From the NCBI GenBank assembly GCA_964415025.1, contig CAYPXF010000003.1, positions 41,523 to 105,522 of the forward strand: a DNA stretch of 64,000 nt, written 5' to 3'. Below are positions 9,756 to 20,011 of the stretch, piece by piece (within the stretch, counting starts at the first letter, position 1; every line of letters starts with the position of its first letter). The notes below the pieces were generated by a model that did no database searches, had not been told where the DNA came from, and saw only the letters and a list, made by a program, of their open reading frames with translations. The stretch is from an uncultured Gammaproteobacteria bacterium (lineage in GTDB: Bacteria > Patescibacteriota > Patescibacteriia > UBA10025 > JAHIVO01). Made by a program: the position numbers and the translations under genes.

Positions 9756-11685
9756 TTTTATCAAACCTAACCAAGCACATAAACAAAAGGCGTGGTGGAA
9801 AAGTAAGTGGTTCATATCGACTGCCGCCGTAATCAGCGCATTGGTAATAGTCGGTATTTTACTTTATGTCATATACAAAGACCCCGCCCAGGAAGCCTAC
9901 TCTTTGTCGCTCGAGGCAGAACAGTCGCTATCACACGCACAAGACAGTCTGTTGGAGCAGGATTTTGATGCTGCTGCCACGCACCTAGAAGCGGCGAAGA
10001 CAAGTTTTACCCAAGCGCAAAACCGCGTCCAGTCATTTATTTGGCTCAAGAGCGTTCCTTGGCTCGGTACGCAGGTTTCAGCTGTTTCAAGCCTGTTAAC
10101 AGCCGGCACGTACGCCACAAACTCAATTATCGTTATTAATGATCTAGCGCATTCAATAACTGAACCAATCAGCGATTCGGCCGTGAGCCTAAATGACTTA
10201 TCAGATAAGCAAACAGAGCAAATACTCGGAGCTATTTACGAAGCAAAGCCAGAACTAGAAAAAGCTCAAGCATCCATACTCGATGCGGATGCAACGATGG
10301 CGGCAATACCGCAGGGCGGCTTACTCAAGCCTGTGCAGGAAGCGGTCGTGCCAGTACGAGAAAAAATAGGAATGTTGGTGCAGGGTATTGATCAGGCCAT
10401 AGCCGCCAGTCAAATAGTGCCGGTGGTGGCTGGATACCCTGAACAACAGACATATTTATTTTTGCTCCAGAATAATCATGAGCTGCGGCCGACCGGCGGA
10501 TTTATAGGCACCTACGGTATTTTAAAAATTAAAAATGGCGATATTGTTTCTTTTAATACTGATAATGTCTATAATTTGGATGAACCATCTGCCGAATGGA
10601 TGACGACCACGCCGCCTTGGCCGCTCAACCGCTATAATGCTGTAACCACGTGGTTTTTCCGGGACGCCAATTGGTCACCGGATTTTCCTACCGCGGCAAA
10701 GAAAGCACTGGAACTGTATTACTTAGAACGCGGACCTGAAAAAAATATTGACGGAGTCATTGCCGTGACGCCAACTTTTATCCAGTCGCTGATGGAATTG
10801 ACAGGTGATATACCGGTAAACGGTATTAGCTTTACCCCGGATACGTTTATTGACACGCTGCAGTATCAAGTGGAACAGGGATATTTACGACAAGGTATCG
10901 CTGACAGTGAACGCAAGGAGATCATCGGCATCCTTTCTGATAAAATACTAGAAAAAATACTAGATTTACCGCGCGACCAGTGGCCGGATTTATGGAATGT
11001 GTTTAAAAAAGATATATCTGAAAAACAAATACTGATCTACCTAGAAAACAGTGACATACAGGCCATGGTTGAACATGAGAACTGGGGAGGTCATATCAGA
11101 GAGTCAGATGGTGATTTTGTAGCTGTTTTTGATGCAAATCTGGCCAGTCTGAAAACAGATCAGGTTATGGATCGTGCTATGGAATATACGGTACAGCGCG
11201 ACGGTAAAAATATAATAGCTGATTTATACATCACTTATACCAATACCGGTGAAATTACCTGGAAAACAACGCGGTATCGCACTTATACCAGAGTATTGGC
11301 GCCACAGGGTTCTCATCTACTAAAAGCAGAGGGTATGATGGTAGACTGCAAACTGGCGGATGAGGGCAGCGTTGAAACAACAGATGCCTATGGCAAGACT
11401 ATATTCGGCACCTTTATATGCATTGAGCCAGGCGAGACTAAGTCGCTCCATTTTAAATATTCATTGCCAAAAGCTATATATAACCAATTCAGTGAAAGCA
11501 GTGTTTACGATCTCATATGGCAGAAACAGCCAGGTACGGATAATTATCCCTTTAGTATATCTGTTGACATGGACGACGCCCCAACATATATAGAAAGCAT
11601 TGACAAGTTCGAAATAATGAAAGATAATAGCATACTAGTTCAGGGTGATCTGTCCCTGGATCGCGATATTGAAATACAATACTAA
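9715..11685 (+). CDS. DUF4012-like membrane-anchored protein (cell-surface polysaccharide-associated)
   Basis: N-terminal TM segment then a large extracytoplasmic domain containing NHELRPTGGFIGTYG, which I recall as the DUF4012 signature; start may be the internal M at 9733. Confidence 0.5.
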   Translation: MVNQNQMSTKKKNNFIKPNQAHKQKAWWKSKWFISTAAVISALVIVGILLYVIYKDPAQEAYSLSLEAEQSLSHAQDSLLEQDFDAAATHLEAAKTSFTQAQNRVQSFIWLKSVPWLGTQVSAVSSLLTAGTYATNSIIVINDLAHSITEPISDSAVSLNDLSDKQTEQILGAIYEAKPELEKAQASILDADATMAAIPQGGLLKPVQEAVVPVREKIGMLVQGIDQAIAASQIVPVVAGYPEQQTYLFLLQNNHELRPTGGFIGTYGILKIKNGDIVSFNTDNVYNLDEPSAEWMTTTPPWPLNRYNAVTTWFFRDANWSPDFPTAAKKALELYYLERGPEKNIDGVIAVTPTFIQSLMELTGDIPVNGISFTPDTFIDTLQYQVEQGYLRQGIADSERKEIIGILSDKILEKILDLPRDQWPDLWNVFKKDISEKQILIYLENSDIQAMVEHENWGGHIRESDGDFVAVFDANLASLKTDQVMDRAMEYTVQRDGKNIIADLYITYTNTGEITWKTTRYRTYTRVLAPQGSHLLKAEGMMVDCKLADEGSVETTDAYGKTIFGTFICIEPGETKSLHFKYSLPKAIYNQFSESSVYDLIWQKQPGTDNYPFSISVDMDDAPTYIESIDKFEIMKDNSILVQGDLSLDRDIEIQY

Positions 11686-11692
11686 TATCAAT

Positions 11693-12700
11693 ATGTTTTC
11701 ACGTCAATTAGGCATAGACTTAGGAACCACTTATTCGCTCGTATACATACCCGGACGAGGTATTGTTATCAACGAACCGTCGGTGGTTGCTATATCGCTC
11801 GTCGATAAAAAGGTAATGGCGGTCGGCAATGAAGCAAAAGAAATGCTCGGACGAACGCCGGACACCATTGTAGCCACCAGGCCGCTTAAGGACGGGGTCA
11901 TCGCAGACTATAAAACGACCGAGGCCATGCTTAAATATTTTATCAATAAGTCACTCGGGGGTATACGGTTTTTCAGGCCCGAAGTCATGATTGCTGTGCC
12001 AGGCGGGATCACCTCTACCGAGCGTCGTGCTGTTATCGAAGCAACTCTCCAGGCGGGCGCAAAAGCCGCGTATATCATCAAAGAGCCCGTAGCTGCGGCT
12101 ATTGGCGCAAACATACCGATAGGATCAGCAGCCGGACATTTGATCGTTGATATGGGCGGTGGTACGTCCGAAGTCGCGGTAATATCACTTGGCGGCGTAG
12201 TGGCAAATGCGTCAGTACGGGTCGGCGGCAATAAACTCGACGCTGCCATCCAGGAGTATGTCAGGAAAAAATATAATCTCAATATCGGCGAACGTTCAGC
12301 TGAAGAGCTGAAGATAAACATCGGTTCTGCTTTGCCGCTGCCAGAGAAACAATACATGGAAATACGCGGCCGTGATTCAGTGCAGGGGCTGCCGCGGACC
12401 ATAACCGCCTCCAGCGATGATGTCACCCAGGCTATCCAGGATGAATTAGCCGGTATTATTCAAGCTGTTAAATCAGTGCTGCAAAACACGCCTCCTGAAT
12501 TATCAGCAGATATCATGGATAAGGGCATGGTGCTGTCAGGTGGCACTTCGCTCCTACAAAACATGGACAAGCTTCTTTCCCAGGCGACTGGTATTCCGGC
12601 ATTGCTTGCTGATGAAGCGCATTTATGCGTGGCAAAAGGTACTGGCGTTGCCCTAGAAAATTTAGAATCATACAAAAAGAGTATTTTGTCTGCCAAGTAA
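11693..12700 (+). CDS. mreB: MreB-like actin homolog (paralog 1), embedded in the glycan locus
   Basis: GIDLGTTYSLVY...INEPSVVAI...DMGGGTSEVAVISLGGV...MVLSGGTSLL motifs; start at ATG 11693. Confidence 0.75.
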   Translation: MFSRQLGIDLGTTYSLVYIPGRGIVINEPSVVAISLVDKKVMAVGNEAKEMLGRTPDTIVATRPLKDGVIADYKTTEAMLKYFINKSLGGIRFFRPEVMIAVPGGITSTERRAVIEATLQAGAKAAYIIKEPVAAAIGANIPIGSAAGHLIVDMGGGTSEVAVISLGGVVANASVRVGGNKLDAAIQEYVRKKYNLNIGERSAEELKINIGSALPLPEKQYMEIRGRDSVQGLPRTITASSDDVTQAIQDELAGIIQAVKSVLQNTPPELSADIMDKGMVLSGGTSLLQNMDKLLSQATGIPALLADEAHLCVAKGTGVALENLESYKKSILSAK

Positions 12701-13893
12701 TGAAAATTGGGATTGACGCTTCCAGGGCAAATATTCCCCAGAAAACAGGTACAGAATGGTGTGCCTATTTTATTATTCAGGAACTCAAGCATATAATCCC
12801 TGATAATCACGAGGTTGTTTTATATACCAAAGAGCCGCTCGCTGGCCCTCTGGCTGATTTGCCCCGTCATTGGCGCGCCAAAGTATTATCATGGCTCCCG
12901 GGCTATTTGTGGACGCAATTAAGACTCGCTTGGGAAATGCTCTGGCATAAACCCGATGTCTTATTTGTACCGGCGCATACCATACCAGTGTATTGTCCTG
13001 CCAAGACATATACAGTTTTGCACGATATTGGGTTTGAAATGTTTTCTGATGTTTACTCACGTAATCTGATTGGTCCTGAAAACAGGTTTATTACAACGCT
13101 TATTAACCTCGCTGTCAGAATAATTACCCGAGGCAGATACTCTAATACCGAGCTGGATTACCACCGCTGGTCGACTAGGCTTGCCTTACAAAAGGCAAAA
13201 GCAATTATCACTCCGTCGCGTTTCACAAAACAGGAGATAGAAAAAAAATTCCAGGTCCTCCCGGATAAAATTCATGTTGTATATAATTCGTTTCAGCCTG
13301 ACTATAAAAAGACGGTAACCAAGGAACAAATAAACATTGTACGGGATCAGTACGGCATTACTGGAGCCTATCTGTTATTCGTCGGCAGGCTTGAAAAGAA
13401 GAAAAACATTCACCGTATTGTGCAGGCCTACCATCAGGCTACTGCCCAAATACATAACCCGCCATCCCTGGTTTTAGCCGGCAAGGCTGGGCACGGCTAT
13501 GACAGCATTGAACAGTATATAGAAAACAATAATCTAGCGCATAGAGTTATCAAAACCGGCTGGGTAGATCAAAACAATCTTCCTGCACTGATGAATGGGG
13601 CCTATGGCTTTATTTTTACGACGCTTTATGAGGGGTTTGGCATGCCTATTTTAGAGGCTATGAGTTCTGGAACACCTGTTATTACATCTAATAACAGCTC
13701 TACAAAAGAAATAGGAGCTAATGCCGTATTATTGGCCGACCCCCAAGACGTACGCGATATAGCCAGGGCTATCTTATTATTGATTAGCAATACGGCTTTG
13801 TATAATGATTTAGTACAAAAAGGCTATCAACGCGCATCACAGTTTTCCTGGGATAATACCGCACGTAACATAGCCCGTCTACTTTTAGCATAA
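12700..13893 (+). CDS. Glycosyltransferase family 4
   Basis: MKIGIDAS...; C-terminal EGFGMPILEAMSSGTPVITSNNSSTKEI; start overlaps the mreB-like stop (TAATG). Confidence 0.7.
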   Translation: MKIGIDASRANIPQKTGTEWCAYFIIQELKHIIPDNHEVVLYTKEPLAGPLADLPRHWRAKVLSWLPGYLWTQLRLAWEMLWHKPDVLFVPAHTIPVYCPAKTYTVLHDIGFEMFSDVYSRNLIGPENRFITTLINLAVRIITRGRYSNTELDYHRWSTRLALQKAKAIITPSRFTKQEIEKKFQVLPDKIHVVYNSFQPDYKKTVTKEQINIVRDQYGITGAYLLFVGRLEKKKNIHRIVQAYHQATAQIHNPPSLVLAGKAGHGYDSIEQYIENNNLAHRVIKTGWVDQNNLPALMNGAYGFIFTTLYEGFGMPILEAMSSGTPVITSNNSSTKEIGANAVLLADPQDVRDIARAILLLISNTALYNDLVQKGYQRASQFSWDNTARNIARLLLA

Positions 13894-13951
13894 CTTGCCA
13901 AAATCAGGTATTTATGGTATTGTAGTAATACTTATTTTACATTATATTATC

Positions 13952-14947
13952 ATGGATCAGCGCCCGTACTGGAATATTTATGGAAATTCAGTTTCCATTA
14001 ATTATATACAAAAAACATTACAAACCGACAGCATATACCAATCATACTTACTAAGTGGACCGGCACATACTGGTAAGACTACGACTGCGGAATTATTTGC
14101 CAGAGTGATTTTATGCAAAAAAAAGTTTGTTTCTGAACCTTGCCAACGATGTTCCTCGTGTACGGCTTATAAATACGGCCCACATCCTGATTTATACCTT
14201 GTCGCAAGACAGGAAGCCAAGAACGCTATCAGCATTGAACAAATCAGAAAGGCAATACACTTCATCACACTACGCCCGTCTCACGCTGATAAAAAAGTAG
14301 TCATCATAGAGTGTGCTGATTTACTCACTGAATCGGCAGCAAATGCTTTGCTCAAGACTATAGAAGAGCCACCGGCTGATACTGTGATTATTATGTCCGC
14401 AGAAAACCGGGATTTACTGCCGGCAACAATAATCTCCAGGTGTCTTCATATACAATTTACTGTATCTGATGCTGAAGAAATAAAATCTTTGCTCAAGGAG
14501 CATAATATTGCAGCTTCGCATATCCACCCGATTTCACATTTGAGCCAGGGCCGTCCTGGCTTAGCTGTACTGCTGGGGAAAGATTCATCAATACGTGCGG
14601 AAAGGGAGCGAGCGGTGGATCTACTAATTGATATGCTAAAACACCGTCCGGCCGAGCGCGTATCAATACTCACAAAAAACATGCCTCAATCAGCAAATGA
14701 AAAAAAACAATACGCGCTCACCCTTTTGCAAACATGGATTGCCTTTTACTTTGATCTGCTGCATATGAAAAACAACTCTAACCAAATCATTAATACAAGG
14801 TATGAACCAACGCTGCGGCAAATAGCTGAACATTATTCAAATACTGCTGTTGTTCGGCTGATTCAGTCACTGCTCGCCTCAATCCAACGAGTTAATCAGA
14901 CCGCTAATCCGATCTTGGTCATAGAAAATCACCTCCTAGGCCTATGA
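13952..14947 (+). CDS. holB: DNA polymerase III delta-prime subunit
   Basis: SYLLSGPAHTGKTTTAELFARVILC plus a zinc module CQRCSSC; start at ATG 13952 (MDQRPYW). Confidence 0.7.
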   Translation: MDQRPYWNIYGNSVSINYIQKTLQTDSIYQSYLLSGPAHTGKTTTAELFARVILCKKKFVSEPCQRCSSCTAYKYGPHPDLYLVARQEAKNAISIEQIRKAIHFITLRPSHADKKVVIIECADLLTESAANALLKTIEEPPADTVIIMSAENRDLLPATIISRCLHIQFTVSDAEEIKSLLKEHNIAASHIHPISHLSQGRPGLAVLLGKDSSIRAERERAVDLLIDMLKHRPAERVSILTKNMPQSANEKKQYALTLLQTWIAFYFDLLHMKNNSNQIINTRYEPTLRQIAEHYSNTAVVRLIQSLLASIQRVNQTANPILVIENHLLGL

Positions 14948-15978
14948 AAAAAGTCATGCTTGCGATTTGCGTTATCGGCCTTACACTAATTTTATCTGGT
15001 TGCAGTCAGAATGTTTCCAGGACTGATGGAGGCCTATATATGTCAAATGATTTCGGTAAAAACTGGCAACAGCGCGTTTTTATCGCGCAGACAGAAAAAG
15101 GCACTCAAACAATCGCTAATGTTAACGCCGGTTTCCTAGAATTTGATCCAAAGGATGAAGACAGGATCTATTTCATATCCCGCAATAATGGTATTTTCAA
15201 AACTGATAACTACGGTCAATCATGGACGCAAACTTCACTAGGAAGCGGCGGCTATGCCAGTATGGCTATCGATTCACTGAACAATAGCGTGCTCTATGTC
15301 ACGCAGGGCACCAAAATACTGAAAACAGTAGACGGCATGGAATCATGGCGGGACACGTATATAGAGAAAAGACCCAGAGAAAAAATAGTCAGCGTTCTTG
15401 TCAGCCCGTTTCAGTCGAGCGTGCTGTATGCGGCCACGACTAATAGTATTATCAAAAGTTTTGACTATGGCAATAGTTGGGAATTACTTGACTGGAACGA
15501 GCCGAAAATTAACAAACTGTTTATCAGTAAAAAGAACAGCCGAACATTATTTGCCTGGACAAGCGCTGGCATCATGAAATCGACAAATGGCGCGGATGAC
15601 TGGTTTGATATCAGCGAGCCCTTAACCGAAATCGCAAAAGGGTATACAGTCCTAACCATAGATTTTGATCCTCGTACCGAACATATTATAATTGGCACTA
15701 ATAAGGGTATATTTAGAACGCTCGATGGAGGAGCTACCTGGGCAGAAGTCCCGACACTGTTTGATTTTAATAAAGTGCCAACCAAGGCGGTTACCCAAAA
15801 TGATGATAATACCAATGAAATACTGTTTAGCGTCGACAATATTATTTACCGGACTGATGATGCCGGGCGCACATGGACGACATTGAAAACTATGGGTACA
15901 TCGAGAACGATTAATTATTTAGCGTTTGGTCCGTTCCATGAAAACGTGGTGTGGGCCGGCACACTATTAATACAGTAA
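14944..15978 (+). CDS. Lipoprotein with seven BNR/Asp-box-like repeats (Ycf48/sortilin-type beta-propeller)
   Basis: Lipobox LILSGCSQ; seven repeats of the form S/T-x-D-x-G-x-(S/T)-W (DFGKNWQ, DNYGQSWT, VDGMESWR, DYGNSWE, NGADDWF, LDGGATWA, DDAGRTWT). Confidence 0.5.
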   Translation: MKKVMLAICVIGLTLILSGCSQNVSRTDGGLYMSNDFGKNWQQRVFIAQTEKGTQTIANVNAGFLEFDPKDEDRIYFISRNNGIFKTDNYGQSWTQTSLGSGGYASMAIDSLNNSVLYVTQGTKILKTVDGMESWRDTYIEKRPREKIVSVLVSPFQSSVLYAATTNSIIKSFDYGNSWELLDWNEPKINKLFISKKNSRTLFAWTSAGIMKSTNGADDWFDISEPLTEIAKGYTVLTIDFDPRTEHIIIGTNKGIFRTLDGGATWAEVPTLFDFNKVPTKAVTQNDDNTNEILFSVDNIIYRTDDAGRTWTTLKTMGTSRTINYLAFGPFHENVVWAGTLLIQ

Positions 15979-15982
15979 TAAT

Positions 15983-16534
15983 ATGAATATCATCGAATCA
16001 AAAAAAGAACAATTCAAAGATGCCATCAATCACCTAAAAAAAGAATTGCAAGGCATCCGAAGTGGTCGGGCAACTCCAGCGTTAGTAGACAACATTATGG
16101 TCGATTATTACGGTACCAAAACACCGCTGCCGCAGCTGGCGACGATTAGTGCGCCAGATCCTCGATCTATAGTAATACAGCCGTGGGATAAAAACGTATC
16201 CTCGGATATTGAAAAAGGCATTCGCGCTTCGTCGCTTGATATTAATCCGGTCAATGAAGGTGACCAAATCAGACTCCCAATCCCTCCGCTAACCGAAGAG
16301 CGTCGCAAGGAACTAGTCAAAACGGTAAACCAGAAAGTAGAACAAACAAAAATATCAATCCGCAACGTACGTGAAGACATAGGGAAGGAGATTAAACATC
16401 AAAAATCAGAAGGTAAAATTTCGGAGGATGACATGTATGCCCAACAAAAAGAACTGCAAAGAGTAGTAGACGAGTATAATCAGTTAATCGAAGAAATCGC
16501 TGAAAAAAAGGAAAAAGAAATAATGTCAGTATAA
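15983..16534 (+). CDS. frr: Ribosome recycling factor
   Basis: LKKELQGIRSGRATPALVDNIMVDYYG...LATISAPDPRSIVIQPWDKN. Confidence 0.85.
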   Translation: MNIIESKKEQFKDAINHLKKELQGIRSGRATPALVDNIMVDYYGTKTPLPQLATISAPDPRSIVIQPWDKNVSSDIEKGIRASSLDINPVNEGDQIRLPIPPLTEERRKELVKTVNQKVEQTKISIRNVREDIGKEIKHQKSEGKISEDDMYAQQKELQRVVDEYNQLIEEIAEKKEKEIMSV

Positions 16535-16540
16535 ATAACC

Positions 16541-17710
16541 ATGCTAACGACCATCATACTCATAATTGTCATACTCGGACTGCTCATATTTGTTCATGAG
16601 CTGGGACATTTTTTTACCGCAAAAAAAGTCGGCATGAAGGTAGAGGAATTTGGGTTTGGGTATCCACCGCGGCTATTCGGCATACAGCGGTCAAATCAGC
16701 ACGGTAAAAAATGGCGGCTAATCTATGGCAAGCATAATCCCGAAGAATATGGTGATACTGTGTACTCAATAAATGTCATACCTTTTGGCGGTTTTGTAAA
16801 AATTAAAGGTGAGCAAGGAGATAAGGTTGGAGAGCGCGGCAGCTTTACCTCAAAAAAGATATGGCAGCGCACAGTTGTGCTAAGTGCCGGCGTGGTGATG
16901 AATCTGATATTTGCCTTTGTGCTAATTAGTGTTGGTTTTATGATCGGATTACCAAGCGCTGTAACCGATGACATATCCTCAAGCGCGCGTGTTGAAAAGC
17001 AATTCGTGCAAATAGCACAAGCAGAAGAGGGGACACCCGCTGCTGCAGCGGGATTACAGGTAGGTGATATTGTGGATACTGTAAATGGAAACACTATTGA
17101 TACCGTCGGCACATTCCAATCAATCGTAGAGCCAGCGCTCGATACGGCAGTATCTATTATGGTGACCAGAGGCGATCAGACAATAACTACTGAAGTAACA
17201 CCACGTGATTTAGATGACGATGATGCCGGCGAAGTCGGCGTGGCGTTGGTTGAGGCGGGCATTGTCAGCTACCCGTGGTATCTGGCACTATGGATGGGTG
17301 CCAAGACCACCATATCCATAACGTGGCAGATTATTGTTGCTTTTTATGAGATAATTAAAAATCTCATTGTTTCGCAATCAGTTAGTGCTGATATTGCCGG
17401 CCCAGTCGGCATAGCCGTATTGACCGGGCAGGTGGCCAAAATGGGCTTTATATACATACTTCAGTTTACTGCGCTCTTCTCAATCAATTTAGCAATCCTG
17501 AATTATTTGCCGTTTCCGGCGCTTGACGGCGGCAGAGTGTTGTTCCTCATCATAGAAAAAATTAAGGGCAGTCCGGTTAACCAGCGTATCGAAGGGATTA
17601 TTCATACCACCGGGTTTTTTATACTGATCGGCGTGCTGATACTCATAACATTCCGGGATGTTTCCAGGTTCAGCGACTCAATAGGTAATTTTTTCAGTTC
17701 AATATTTTAA
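16541..17710 (+). CDS. rseP: RIP site-2 metalloprotease RseP/YluC family, with PDZ domain
   Basis: HELGHF zinc motif in TM1, central PDZ-like region (GLQVGDIVDTVNG), C-terminal LDGG motif. Confidence 0.8.
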   Translation: MLTTIILIIVILGLLIFVHELGHFFTAKKVGMKVEEFGFGYPPRLFGIQRSNQHGKKWRLIYGKHNPEEYGDTVYSINVIPFGGFVKIKGEQGDKVGERGSFTSKKIWQRTVVLSAGVVMNLIFAFVLISVGFMIGLPSAVTDDISSSARVEKQFVQIAQAEEGTPAAAAGLQVGDIVDTVNGNTIDTVGTFQSIVEPALDTAVSIMVTRGDQTITTEVTPRDLDDDDAGEVGVALVEAGIVSYPWYLALWMGAKTTISITWQIIVAFYEIIKNLIVSQSVSADIAGPVGIAVLTGQVAKMGFIYILQFTALFSINLAILNYLPFPALDGGRVLFLIIEKIKGSPVNQRIEGIIHTTGFFILIGVLILITFRDVSRFSDSIGNFFSSIF

Positions 17711-17713
17711 GCT

Positions 17714-18961
17714 ATGTTGCAATCAAAATCATTCATCCCGACAATCAGTAATCCGCCTCGTGACGAGGTATCACGTAATGCCCAGCTTCTGGTGCAGGCC
17801 GGATACATCAGGAAACTAATGGCCGGGGTATACACCTTTTTGCCTTTGGGTTGGCGCGTCATGAAAAAGATTGAATACCACATACGCCAGGCAATGGATG
17901 GCGCCGGCGCTGCAGAACTTTTTATGCCGGCGCTGCATCCGGTCGAACATTATCAGCTCACCAGGCGAGACAGTATTGATGTGCTCTTTCATCTGGATAT
18001 TGCCTCTGGCAAAAAAGCAGTTTTAGGGCAGAGCCATGAAGAAGTGATTGTACCGCTGGTAAAGGATTATATTACCTCGTATAAGGATTTGCCCCTGGCG
18101 CTGTATCAAATCCAGACAAAATTCAGAAATGAGAAACGTGCCAAATCAGGTATTATGCGCGGACGTGAATTCATGATGAAGGATCTGTACTCTTTTCACG
18201 CGGATGAATCAGATTTCGAATCGTATTATAGCCGTATGCAGCAAATTTACAGCCAGCTGTTTGCAAAGCTCGGCCTTGGCGAGGATACCTACATGACGTA
18301 TGCTTCTGGTGGGACATTTTCGCAGTTTTCCCATGAATACCAAACCATAACGCAAGCCGGCGAAGACATGATCCATGTTTGTCCTCACTGCCGCATCGCG
18401 GTTAATGAAGAAATACGTTCAACGCAACAAAACTGCCCACAGTGCCATAATAAGGCGCTAGAAAAGAATAAGGCGATCGAGGTAGGCAATATTTTCCCGC
18501 TAAAAAGTAAATTTTCTGATGCCTTTGGACTATCGTACGTTGATGCCAGCGGAAAAAAACAGCCAATAATAATGGGCTGTTATGGTATTGGTTTAGGCAG
18601 GGTAATGGGTACGATCGCTGAACTGTATAATGATAAAAACGGATTATGCTGGCCAAAATCCATTGCGCCTTTTCAGGCTCATATCCTGGATATTAGTAAA
18701 AAGAATCATGGTACAGCACAGACGTTATATCAGGCTTGCCTAAAAAACAGTATTGACGTATTGTATGATGACCGGGCGGCCTCACCCGGCATGAAGCTAA
18801 AGGATGCTGACTTAATCGGCATACCAATCCGCCTGGTGATCAGCGATAAAACTGAAGATAAAATCGAATACAAATGGCGTCAGGAAATGCAGCCACAAAT
18901 AATGCAGCTGACCTCGGTTATAAAAAAATTAATCGAATACTATCGTGGGACTGATAAATAA
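17714..18961 (+). CDS. proS: Proline--tRNA ligase, minimal form without the INS editing domain
   Basis: Class II motifs (GVYTFLPLGWRV; FRNEKRAKSGIMRGREFMMKDLYSFH; GCYGIGLGRVMG); a Cys4 ribbon (CPHC...CPQC) lies between motifs 2 and 3; class II anticodon-binding domain. Confidence 0.75.
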   Translation: MLQSKSFIPTISNPPRDEVSRNAQLLVQAGYIRKLMAGVYTFLPLGWRVMKKIEYHIRQAMDGAGAAELFMPALHPVEHYQLTRRDSIDVLFHLDIASGKKAVLGQSHEEVIVPLVKDYITSYKDLPLALYQIQTKFRNEKRAKSGIMRGREFMMKDLYSFHADESDFESYYSRMQQIYSQLFAKLGLGEDTYMTYASGGTFSQFSHEYQTITQAGEDMIHVCPHCRIAVNEEIRSTQQNCPQCHNKALEKNKAIEVGNIFPLKSKFSDAFGLSYVDASGKKQPIIMGCYGIGLGRVMGTIAELYNDKNGLCWPKSIAPFQAHILDISKKNHGTAQTLYQACLKNSIDVLYDDRAASPGMKLKDADLIGIPIRLVISDKTEDKIEYKWRQEMQPQIMQLTSVIKKLIEYYRGTDK

Positions 18962-20006
18962 CATTTTCGGAAGATTTTCAAAAGACATGGGAATTGACCT
19001 GGGAACGGCAAATACGCTTGTCTATGTGAAGGATAAAGGAATTGTTATCAATGAACCGTCAGTAGTTGCTATTAACAGTCGAACCGACCAGATTCTCGCT
19101 GTAGGCCAAGAAGCACAGCGCATGATCGGAAAAACACCGGCTCATATTGTCGCCTCACGCCCGCTGGTTGATGGCGTTATTTCTGATTTTGAAGTAACCG
19201 AAAAAATGCTCAAGTATTTTATCGATAAAGTGCACCAGGAGAATTTCAGTATTCTGCCGCGCCCACGGATCGTCATCGGTTTGCCGCTTGGGGTAACAGA
19301 GGTAGAGCGTAAAGCAGTAGAAGACGCGTGTCTTAGTGCTGGCGCACGCGAAGCTTTTTTAATAGAAGAACCAATGGCCGCAGCAATCGGGGCACGTTTA
19401 CCCATCCAGGACGCGTCCGGAAACATGATTGTCGACATTGGCGGCGGTACGACAGAAATCGCGGTCATCTCGCTCGGTGGCGTTGTTACTTGGAAATCGC
19501 TCCGGGTGGCGGGCGATGAATTTGATCAGAATATCATACAGTATGCCCGAGACCACTTCAATCTGCTATTGGGCGAGCGGACAGCCGAGCAGATTAAAAT
19601 TCAGGCTGGCTCGTCGCTCCATAGCGAAGATCCCGTGGAGGTGGCAATGCGCGGCCGTGATTTAATATCTGGCCTGCCAAAAGAAGTAACAGTTAACAGC
19701 AACCAAATCAGAGAAGCGATAAGCAGATCAATGCGTAGTATCATAGAAAATGTTAAATCAACTATTGAGATAACCCCCCCTGAACTAGTGGCGGATATAT
19801 ATGAGCGAGGTGTCATGCTTTCAGGAGGCGGGGCACTATTAGCTGGTTTAGATGCGCTTATCAAGCATGAGACGCAAATTCCGGTCCATATAGCTGATGA
19901 TCCGCTAACCGCAGTAGCGCGCGGCACTGGCATTGTCCTGGATGATTTAGAAAATTTAAAAGAGGTATTATCGTCCACGCAACCAGAAGAAACCATTAAG
20001 GATTAA
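18945..20006 (+). CDS. mreB: Rod-shape protein MreB (paralog 2, canonical mreBCD operon)
   Basis: GIDLGTANTLVYV...INEPSVVAI...DIGGGTTEIAVISLGGV...MLSGGGALL; followed by mreC and mreD; start may be the internal M at 18987. Confidence 0.8.
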   Translation: MGLINNIFGRFSKDMGIDLGTANTLVYVKDKGIVINEPSVVAINSRTDQILAVGQEAQRMIGKTPAHIVASRPLVDGVISDFEVTEKMLKYFIDKVHQENFSILPRPRIVIGLPLGVTEVERKAVEDACLSAGAREAFLIEEPMAAAIGARLPIQDASGNMIVDIGGGTTEIAVISLGGVVTWKSLRVAGDEFDQNIIQYARDHFNLLLGERTAEQIKIQAGSSLHSEDPVEVAMRGRDLISGLPKEVTVNSNQIREAISRSMRSIIENVKSTIEITPPELVADIYERGVMLSGGGALLAGLDALIKHETQIPVHIADDPLTAVARGTGIVLDDLENLKEVLSSTQPEETIKD

Positions 20007-20011
20007 GTCTC

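Noticed and set aside
11908-12426. 172 aa antisense ORF inside the mreB-like gene, and similar long antisense ORFs (2516-2983, 3969-4568, 42979-43416, 47838-48455, 19601-19996)
   Set aside because: They fully overlap well-supported genes on the opposite strand, have low-complexity Ser/Pro/Ala-rich translations and no RBS or start context; these are shadow ORFs.
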